NCBI GenBank assembly: GCA_963699755.1
Contig: CAVOVB010000003.1
Span: 224,001-288,000 of the forward strand
Length of the DNA: 64,000 nucleotides
Direction of reading: 5' to 3'
DNA from: an uncultured delta proteobacterium
GTDB lineage: Bacteria; Myxococcota_A; Polyangia; Polyangiales; Houyiibacteriaceae
A program made the translations under genes and the position numbers. This document shows positions 57,000 to 64,000 of this stretch, one piece after another (within the stretch, counting starts at the first letter, position 1; each line of letters begins with the position of its first letter). The notes below the pieces were generated by a model that saw only the letters and a program-made list of their open reading frames with translations, was not told the origin of the DNA and ran no database searches.

Positions 57000-57263
57000 C
57001 TAGCCGAGCTTCGCCTTGATGTTGGCTAGGCGCTTCTTGATGTCGGTTCCGAGCGCCTTGAGCTCCTCGCCCACTTCCTCTGCTTTCTCGTCGAAACGCC
57101 GCTCGAAATCTGCGATGCGGGGCTGAAGATCGTCCCAGGCGTCTTTCGCGTCCATTCCGGCGAGATGGAGCTTCAGCTTGATCTCGTCGGCGGTCCGCCT
57201 GAGGTCGTCACGGGTCTCTTGCAAGTCTTGCTTCAGTGTCTTGTTCGCTTCATCCGCGGTCAT
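57000..57263 (-). CDS. Small helical hypothetical protein (87 aa)
   Basis: AAGGAG RBS; charged amphipathic helices, [18 protein letters not shown]. Confidence 0.8.
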   Translation of the reverse strand: MTADEANKTLKQDLQETRDDLRRTADEIKLKLHLAGMDAKDAWDDLQPRIADFERRFDEKAEEVGEELKALGTDIKKRLANIKAKLG

Positions 57264-57302
57264 GGTGCTCTCCTTTTACGGGATTCGGGGTGATACCAGG
57301 AG

Positions 57303-57319
57303 TGCAGCGAACGTGCCAA
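57303..57319 (-). promoter_or_regulatory. Sigma54 promoter
   Basis: Minus strand TTGGCACG-TTCG-CTGCA. Confidence 0.7.
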
Positions 57320-57467
57320 AGGCCATCACTGGGATTTCTGCGGCGGATCGGTCCCCGGAGGCGCACATTCTTCGCCGCGGGCAGGGCGAAGCGCACGATT
57401 GGCGCGGCGCCTACACATTTTCGCTCGGTTTCCGTCCTGAACTGCAGGGCTCTGGCTTTGCGGCAAC

Positions 57468-57484
57468 TTGGCGCGCCCGATGCA
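57468..57484 (+). promoter_or_regulatory. Putative sigma54 promoter
   Basis: TTGGCGCG-CCCG-ATGCA just upstream of ppsA. Confidence 0.45.
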
Positions 57485-57498
57485 TGTACCTTCGCGAC

Positions 57499-59796
57499 AT
57501 GGTAGCAGAGACGTCAGAGTTCGTTCGGGGGTTCGAGACCCTCCGCCGCACCGACACCCCGGTTGCCGGGGGCAAGGGAGCTAATCTCGGCGAGCTGACG
57601 GCCGCGGGTTTGCCGGTGCCCCGGGGCTTCGTGATCACGGGCCAGGCGTACTTGCACGCCCTGGACGTGGCGGGATGCCGGAAGCGCTTGCTCGAGGTCG
57701 TCGGGAAGATCGACCTCGATGACTCGAGCGCACTCAAGCTCGCCTCCGACGAGCTGCAGGCCACGGTGCGGCGCGCGGGTGTTCCGGACGACGTTCGGGC
57801 TGACGTCCTCGAAGCGTTCGAGCGCCTTGGGAAAGGGGCGCGGGTCGCGGTCCGTTCATCGGCAACCGCGGAGGACACCGCGGAAGCATCCTTCGCGGGA
57901 ATGAACGAGACGTTCACCAACGTCGTCGGAGAAACCCTGATCCAACGAATCCTCGATTGCTGGGCTTCGCTCTGGAGCTCGCGTGTCATGGCGTACAGGC
58001 ACAGCCTGGGACTGATCGAAGAGCCGACCATCGCCGTCGTCGTCCAACAGATGGTGGATTCGGAAGCTTCGGGAGTCATGTTCACGGTCGACCCAATCTC
58101 ACAGGACCGTGAACGGATGCTCGTCGAAGGTGCATACGGGCTCGGGCAGGTCGTGGTCGGGGGACAGGTCGAACCCGACACCTATTTTGTGGGCCGGCCG
58201 CGCGACCCCGCGAAGGGCGGCGCCCAAGTCCTCAACGCGCGAGTCGGCTCGAAGGCGCACAAGGTCGTCCGACGAGCGGACGGCTCGGAGGCGAAGCTCG
58301 AAGTTCCCAAAGAGCAGCGCGCGATGCGGGTTCTCGACGATGCACAGGTGCTCGAAATCGCCAACCTCGGGCTTCGAATCGAGCAGCACTACGGGAGCCC
58401 GCAGGACGTCGAATGGGCGCTCCAGGACGGCAAGATTTATATCGTTCAGTCCCGACCGATCACGACCCTCATAGCGCCGCCGGGGACCCCGCTCCTGACA
58501 GGGCTTGGCGCCTCTCCGGGCCGTGTTGCCGGCAAAGTGCGCGTGATGCGCGAGCTCCAGGCGGACGCGAAGATCAGCAAGGACGAGATTCTCGTCGCAG
58601 AAATGACCAGCCCCGACTGGGTGCCGGTCATGCGTCATGCCGGCGCGCTCGTCACCGATGAGGGAGGAATGACCTGCCATGCGGCGATTGTGAGCCGGGA
58701 GCTTCGCATCCCCTGTATCGTCGGTACCGGCAACGCGACGCGCCTTCTCAAGAGCTCGCAACTGGTGACCGTGGACGGGACGCGGGGCGAGATCGTCTCG
58801 GGCGACGCGACCAACGGGCCGTCGGTGGCAGCGTCATCCCTTGCACGACCCGCCGCGGTGGCCTCACCCGAAACGACAATGGAGCCCCTCGCGACCCGCC
58901 TGTACGTCAATCTCGCGATCGCTGACGCCGCCGAAGAAGCTGCTGCATTGCCGGTCGATGGCGTGGGCCTGCTTCGCGCGGAGTTCATGATCACCGATGC
59001 GCTCGGCGGCGTGCACCCCAAAGCCCTGATCGCCGAGGGCGGCTCGGACGACTTCGTCAACAAGATGACTGAATCGCTCCTGCGAATTGCACGACCCTTC
59101 TTCCCACGGCCCGTGATCTATCGGACCTACGATTTTCGTACCAACGAGTTCAGCGGTTTGCGGGGGGCCGCGGACTACGAGCCGCACGAGGAGAACCCGA
59201 TGATCGGGTACCGGGGATGCTTCCGCTACGTGAAGGACCCGGAGCTCTTCGATCTGGAGCTCGAAGTGCTAGCGCGCGTTCGCGAGGCGTCGGAAAACGT
59301 GAACATCATGATCCCCTTCGTGCGAACCAAGTGGGAGCTCGAGGCCTGTCTGGAGCGGATCGACAAGCACCGACTTGGGAGCGATCCGAAACTGCTCCGC
59401 TGGGTGATGGCCGAGGTGCCGTCAATCGTATATCGCATTCCAGATTACGCGAAGTTGGGCATCGACGGCGTTTCGATCGGCTCGAACGACTTGACGCAGC
59501 TCATGCTCGGGGTCGACCGGGACTCGGCGATTTGCTCCGAGCTCTTCGACGAGGCCGACGATGCGGTACTCTGGGCCATCGAGCGTATCGTGCACACAGC
59601 CGAAGACTGCGGACTCACGTCCTCGCTTTGCGGGCAGGCGCCGTCGAACCGGCCCGAGTTCGCCGAGAAGCTCGTTCGTTTTGGCATCACGTCCATTTCG
59701 GTGAACCCCGACGCGGTGCCACGGACCCGACAGGTGATCGCATCAGCGGAGCGGCGAATACTGATCGATGCCGTGCGCCAGGGAGGAATGTCATGA
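57499..59796 (+). CDS. ppsA: Phosphoenolpyruvate synthase
   Basis: [61 protein letters not shown]. Confidence 0.96.
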   Translation: MVAETSEFVRGFETLRRTDTPVAGGKGANLGELTAAGLPVPRGFVITGQAYLHALDVAGCRKRLLEVVGKIDLDDSSALKLASDELQATVRRAGVPDDVRADVLEAFERLGKGARVAVRSSATAEDTAEASFAGMNETFTNVVGETLIQRILDCWASLWSSRVMAYRHSLGLIEEPTIAVVVQQMVDSEASGVMFTVDPISQDRERMLVEGAYGLGQVVVGGQVEPDTYFVGRPRDPAKGGAQVLNARVGSKAHKVVRRADGSEAKLEVPKEQRAMRVLDDAQVLEIANLGLRIEQHYGSPQDVEWALQDGKIYIVQSRPITTLIAPPGTPLLTGLGASPGRVAGKVRVMRELQADAKISKDEILVAEMTSPDWVPVMRHAGALVTDEGGMTCHAAIVSRELRIPCIVGTGNATRLLKSSQLVTVDGTRGEIVSGDATNGPSVAASSLARPAAVASPETTMEPLATRLYVNLAIADAAEEAAALPVDGVGLLRAEFMITDALGGVHPKALIAEGGSDDFVNKMTESLLRIARPFFPRPVIYRTYDFRTNEFSGLRGAADYEPHEENPMIGYRGCFRYVKDPELFDLELEVLARVREASENVNIMIPFVRTKWELEACLERIDKHRLGSDPKLLRWVMAEVPSIVYRIPDYAKLGIDGVSIGSNDLTQLMLGVDRDSAICSELFDEADDAVLWAIERIVHTAEDCGLTSSLCGQAPSNRPEFAEKLVRFGITSISVNPDAVPRTRQVIASAERRILIDAVRQGGMS

Positions 59797-60038
59797 CGGA
59801 TTCAAATGATCTGGAAGCACTATACGCCAGGTTTGCCCGGATCTATGCAGATGGGAAACCCATTCGCGGGGCCTTCGAGCTAGTCGCGGCCATCCATGCG
59901 GCAGGTCTCAAAGTGGAGACCGTCACCGAAGACTGGCTCAAAGCTCTGAACGAGGACTGGGTCTATGGTGAGTCGCTTCTGCCGTTTCAGGACGCCGCCG
60001 CCAATCGTCTCTATCAGCGATTCCTGATCGGAGGCTGA
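59793..60038 (+). CDS. Small hypothetical protein (81 aa)
   Basis: GGAGG RBS, ATGA overlap with ppsA; fills the gap to acsA. Confidence 0.7.
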   Translation: MTDSNDLEALYARFARIYADGKPIRGAFELVAAIHAAGLKVETVTEDWLKALNEDWVYGESLLPFQDAAANRLYQRFLIGG

Positions 60039-60043
60039 GCAAA

Positions 60044-61801
60044 GTGCGACTAGAGAAGCAACTTGGGTACATGAGCCCGCCTCCGAATCTGACCGACTAC
60101 GATGCGGAGCGAGCGTCGTTCTCGTGGGAAGCGGCGCGTCGTGAGCTCGACGGTTTGCCGGGAAACCGGGGGCTCAACATCGCATACGAGGCGGTCGGCC
60201 GGCACGTCGCGAACCGACACGGCGATCAGATGGCGATGATCTGGCTCGGCAAGAAGGGAGAACGTCAAGCGCTGAGCTACCGGGATCTCGATTCGCGCAG
60301 CAATCAGTTTGCCAACGTCCTGACCGCGCTTGGCGTCGAAGCCGGCGACCGGGTGTACTCGCTCGCCGGGCGCATCCCTGAGCTCTATCTCTGCGCGCTC
60401 GGGACCTTGAAGCACCAGGCGGTATTCTGTCCCCTATTCTCCGCGTTCGGTCCGGAGCCTATCGCCCAGCGCCTCGAGTTGGGTGAGGCGCGCGTGCTCT
60501 TCACGACCGAGCGGCTCTACAAGCGCCGAATCGAGCCGATTCGAGGCCGGATTCCGTCACTCGAGCACGTGATCGTCGTCGCGGATCCGGAGAAGCCCAA
60601 CAATCCCGAGGGCACGGTGGATTGGTTCGAAGCGATGGCCATCGCCTCGGTCGAGTACGAGATCGCGGACACCGACCCGGAAACCCCGGCGCTGCTTCAT
60701 TTCACCAGCGGGACGACCGGAACACCCAAGGGCGCATACCACGTTCACGAGGCGGTGCTCACGCACTACGTCACCGGCAAGCTCGCGCTCGATCTGCACC
60801 CGGGCGACATCTACTGGTGCACGGCCGACCCCGGCTGGGTGACCGGGACCTCGTACGGCATCAGCGCGCCTCTCAGCAATCGCGTTACGATGATCATCGA
60901 TGAAGCCGAATTCGACCCCCAGCGTTGGTACCAGATTCTCGAGGAAGAGAAGGTGCAGGTCTGGTACACTGCGCCCACCGCCATTCGAATGCTGATGAAG
61001 AGCGGGCCGGAGCTGCCTCGGAGCAAGGACCTTTCAGCGCTTCGTTTCATGGCAAGCGTCGGCGAGCCTCTGAATCCGCAGGCGGTGGTCTGGGGTCGGG
61101 AAGTCTTCGGCAAGCCGTTTCACGACAATTGGTGGCAGACCGAAACCGGTGGAATCATGATTTCGAACTACGCGTCGATGGACGTGAAGCCGGGGTCGAT
61201 GGGCCGACCGATACCTGGCGTCACAGCGGGGATTGTCCGAGAAGGGAAGGACGGGCATCTGCACGAGGTGAACGACCCGGACAAAGACGGCGAGCTCGCC
61301 TTGCGTCCGGATTGGCCTTCGGTTTTTCGCGGATACTGGAACAACAAGGAGCGCTACGACGCTTGTTTCCGCGATGGCTGGTATCTTTCCGGTGACCTCG
61401 CGCGTCGTGATGAAGAGGGATACTACTGGTTCGTCGGGCGCGCAGACGACGTCATCAAGTCGGCCGGGCACCTCATCGGCCCGTTCGAGGTGGAGAGCGT
61501 GATCATGAAGCATCCAGCCGTTGCCGAAGTCGGTGTCATCGGCAAGCCCGATCCAGTCGCTGGGACGATCATCAAGGCCTTCGTGAGCTTGCAGCCGGGT
61601 CACGGATGGACGGAAGAGCTCCAGCGTGAGCTGATCGGGTTCGGGCGCAAGAACCTCGGGACGGCGGCGCCAAGAGAGATCGACTTCATCGAATCGCTTC
61701 CGAAGACGCGAAGCGGAAAGATCATGCGACGCCTGCTCAAGGCCCGGGAGCTCGGCTTGCCCGAAGGGGATACGTCGACCCTGGAAGGAGGAGAGAGTTG
61801 A
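60044..61801 (+). CDS. acsA: Acetate-CoA ligase
   Basis: [50 protein letters not shown]. Confidence 0.95.
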   Translation: MRLEKQLGYMSPPPNLTDYDAERASFSWEAARRELDGLPGNRGLNIAYEAVGRHVANRHGDQMAMIWLGKKGERQALSYRDLDSRSNQFANVLTALGVEAGDRVYSLAGRIPELYLCALGTLKHQAVFCPLFSAFGPEPIAQRLELGEARVLFTTERLYKRRIEPIRGRIPSLEHVIVVADPEKPNNPEGTVDWFEAMAIASVEYEIADTDPETPALLHFTSGTTGTPKGAYHVHEAVLTHYVTGKLALDLHPGDIYWCTADPGWVTGTSYGISAPLSNRVTMIIDEAEFDPQRWYQILEEEKVQVWYTAPTAIRMLMKSGPELPRSKDLSALRFMASVGEPLNPQAVVWGREVFGKPFHDNWWQTETGGIMISNYASMDVKPGSMGRPIPGVTAGIVREGKDGHLHEVNDPDKDGELALRPDWPSVFRGYWNNKERYDACFRDGWYLSGDLARRDEEGYYWFVGRADDVIKSAGHLIGPFEVESVIMKHPAVAEVGVIGKPDPVAGTIIKAFVSLQPGHGWTEELQRELIGFGRKNLGTAAPREIDFIESLPKTRSGKIMRRLLKARELGLPEGDTSTLEGGES

Positions 61802-62775
61802 CCCTGGACATCTCACGCGACGACGCGCTCAAGTTGCTACGCGACATGATTCGCATTCGCCGGCTCGAGGAGAAGAGCGCGGAGCTCTATGCCAAGCAGA
61901 AGATCCGCGGGTTCTTGCACCTCTACATTGGCGAAGAGGCTGTTGGGGTCGGGGCTTTGCACGCGCTGCGGACGGACGACAACATCGTGGCGACCTACCG
62001 GGAGCACGGTCATGCTCTGATTCGCGGCATTCCCGCCGGAGAGATCATGGCGGAGATGTACGGAAAGGCCAACGGCTGCTCGGGTGGCCGTGGCGGCTCG
62101 ATGCACCTGTTTTCCGCGGAGCGGCGCTTCTACGGCGGGCATGCCATCGTCGGCGGCGGCTTGCCGATCGCGGTTGGACTCGCGCTAGCAACCAAGATGA
62201 AGGGCGAGTCGCGTGTGACCGCTTGCTTCTTCGGCGACGGCGCCACCGACGAGGGTGAGTTCCACGAGTCGCTGAATTTGGCTGCGCTCTGGAAGCTGCC
62301 GGTCTTGTTTTTGTGCGAAAACAACAAGTACGCGATGGGGACGGCCTTGGATCGCCACGTCTCGGACAGCAACATCGCGAACAATCCGCCGGCGTACGGG
62401 GTTCCAGCGGATTCGGTCAATGGCATGGACGTCGTTGCGGTCCAGCGCGCGGTGCACAACGAGGCCGAGCTCGTCCGTGAAACGAGCGAGCCGCGGTTCC
62501 TCGAGCTGAGGACCTACCGGTTTCGCGCACACTCGATGTACGACGCCGAGCTCTACCGCACCAAGGAAGAAGTCGAAAAACACAGGAAGCACGATCCCAT
62601 CGACGGCTTCCAGGAACGCGGCCTGAGCGACGGGCTGATCACCCAGGCCGACATCGATGCGATCGAAGCCGACGCAGCCAAAGAAGTCGCCGAGGCCGTA
62701 GAGTTCGCGGAGCAGGGCGACTGGGAACCTGTGGAGAACATCCGCCGTCACACCTATGCGAGGGATTTGTCGTGA
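61798..62775 (+). CDS. pdhA: Pyruvate dehydrogenase E1 alpha
   Basis: [25 protein letters not shown]...[11 protein letters not shown]. Confidence 0.93.
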   Translation: MTLDISRDDALKLLRDMIRIRRLEEKSAELYAKQKIRGFLHLYIGEEAVGVGALHALRTDDNIVATYREHGHALIRGIPAGEIMAEMYGKANGCSGGRGGSMHLFSAERRFYGGHAIVGGGLPIAVGLALATKMKGESRVTACFFGDGATDEGEFHESLNLAALWKLPVLFLCENNKYAMGTALDRHVSDSNIANNPPAYGVPADSVNGMDVVAVQRAVHNEAELVRETSEPRFLELRTYRFRAHSMYDAELYRTKEEVEKHRKHDPIDGFQERGLSDGLITQADIDAIEADAAKEVAEAVEFAEQGDWEPVENIRRHTYARDLS

Positions 62776-63746
62776 CTACGTATCGAGAGGCGATTCGAAC
62801 AGCGCTGCAGACCTTGCTTCGAGAAGATCCCCGTGTGTTCCTCATGGGCGAGGACGTAGGGCGCTATGGCGGCGCCTACGCCGTCAGCAAGGGCCTCTTG
62901 GAGGAGTTTGGTGAAGACCGGGTTCGCGACACGCCTCTGTGCGAGTCGACCTTCGTCGGCGCTGGGATAGGCGCTGCGATCGGCGGGATGCGCCCGATCG
63001 TCGAGGTCATGACAGTGAACTTCAGCTTGCTGGCCCTCGACCAGGTCGTGAACAACGCCGCGGTCATGCGGCACATGTCCGGCGGGCAGTTCGAGGTGCC
63101 GATCGCGGTGCGAATGGCAACCGGCGGCGGCAAACAGATCGCCGCCCAGCATTCGCACAGCCTGGAAAACTGGTACGCGCACGTGCCCGGCATCAAGGTG
63201 CTCGCGCCGGCTACAGTGCAGGACGCGCACGACATGTTGCTCGCCGCGGTCGAAGACCCGGACCCGGTATTCATCTTTGAGCATCAGATGCTCTACGGCG
63301 TCGAAGGACCGTTCGATTCCGTGTCCGAACCTCCATCGCCCTGGAAGGCGGCCATTCGGCGGACCGGCGCCGACCTCAGCCTCATCGCGTACGGGGGTTC
63401 CGTTCACAAGGCCTTGGCGGCGGCCGAGGAGCTTGCAAAGCAAGGAATGAGCGCCGAGGTCGTCGACCTGCGGAGCCTGCGACCGATCGACCACGACACC
63501 ATCATCGGGAGCGTCTCGCGCACACACCGCGCCGTCGTGATCGATGAAGCGTGGAAAACCGGGAGCCTTGCTTCCGAAATCAGCGCGATCTTGGTCGAGG
63601 AGGCTTTCTACGAGCTCGATGCCCCGGTCGCGCGCGTCTGCACGATCGAGGTACCGATGCCATACGCCAAACATCTCGAAGAGGCTGCCATCCCGCAGGT
63701 CGATCGAATCGTCGAGGTGGCGACGAGGAGCGTCGTCGGTGGCTGA
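62772..63746 (+). CDS. pdhB: Pyruvate dehydrogenase E1 beta
   Basis: [29 protein letters not shown]. Confidence 0.93.
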   Translation: MTTYREAIRTALQTLLREDPRVFLMGEDVGRYGGAYAVSKGLLEEFGEDRVRDTPLCESTFVGAGIGAAIGGMRPIVEVMTVNFSLLALDQVVNNAAVMRHMSGGQFEVPIAVRMATGGGKQIAAQHSHSLENWYAHVPGIKVLAPATVQDAHDMLLAAVEDPDPVFIFEHQMLYGVEGPFDSVSEPPSPWKAAIRRTGADLSLIAYGGSVHKALAAAEELAKQGMSAEVVDLRSLRPIDHDTIIGSVSRTHRAVVIDEAWKTGSLASEISAILVEEAFYELDAPVARVCTIEVPMPYAKHLEEAAIPQVDRIVEVATRSVVGG

Positions 63747-64000
63747 GTTCGTCATGCCCTCGCTCGGTGCAGATATGACCGCCGGGGTGCTTGCCAGGTG
63801 GCGCGTCGCGGCAGGGGACCGCGTCTCGAAAGGGGACATCATTGCCGAGGTGGAGACCGACAAGGGCTTGATCGAGGTGGAGGTGTTCGAGGCAGGAGTG
63901 GTTGAGAGCTTGCTGGTGAAGGAAGGGGAGAAGGTACCGGTGGGGACCGTCTTGGCGGAGATTGAGGCGGGGAGAGCGTCAGTGGCAGCGTCAGAGGCAG
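63739..64000 (+). CDS. pdhC: Dihydrolipoamide acyltransferase E2, lipoyl domain (runs off window end)
   Basis: Manual translation from [19 protein letters not shown]...[12 protein letters not shown]. Confidence 0.9.
   Translation, partial: MAEFVMPSLGADMTAGVLARWRVAAGDRVSKGDIIAEVETDKGLIEVEVFEAGVVESLLVKEGEKVPVGTVLAEIEAGRASVAASEA

Noticed and set aside
63780..64000. Purine-rich end of the window as foreign DNA
   Set aside because: It translates as a normal Glu/Val/Gly-rich lipoyl domain and is too short to judge composition.

Overview
GC-rich bacterial DNA (about two-thirds GC by eye), most likely Myxococcota, judged from myxobacterial-type Cys-rich repeats, a MYXO-CTERM-like tail and Gly-rich lipoprotein linkers. 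I see about 48 protein-coding genes and no rRNA, tRNA, CRISPR array or transposase. Layout: (1) 1-12 kb, lipid/redox housekeeping (SDRs, acyl-CoA dehydrogenase, VOC, YqjG, pirin, LysR, amidohydrolase) plus one outlying surface lipoprotein. (2) 12-37.4 kb, an island of 12 consecutive exported proteins, 11 with lipoboxes. They are built from shuffled modules: a shared N-terminal Cys-bracketed domain, Ig/PKD-like repeats, six copies of an unrecognised ~175-aa domain, RTX repeats and a ~40-unit Cys-rich stalk. The island also has a 939-bp apparently identical duplication, a conserved two-hairpin 3' element and repeated CRP-type TGTGA-N6-TCACA boxes, four of them 63-64 bp upstream of -35 hexamers. 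(3) 37.6-45 kb, a degenerate Ada/AlkA, kinase, phosphatase, DctP, MotB-like protein and ppa. (4) 45.3-54.4 kb, an expanded peptide-ligase locus: circularly permuted ATP-grasp, alpha-E, GATase-II-like/transglutaminase fusion, second transglutaminase, DUF2126-type amidoligase and Anbu. (5) 54.5-64 kb, SDR, MDR, USP, ppsA, acsA and pdhABC. The best candidates for undescribed biology are the co-regulated modular surface-lipoprotein system and the expanded amidoligase/Anbu locus. All family assignments come from motif recognition by eye; no database search was run.
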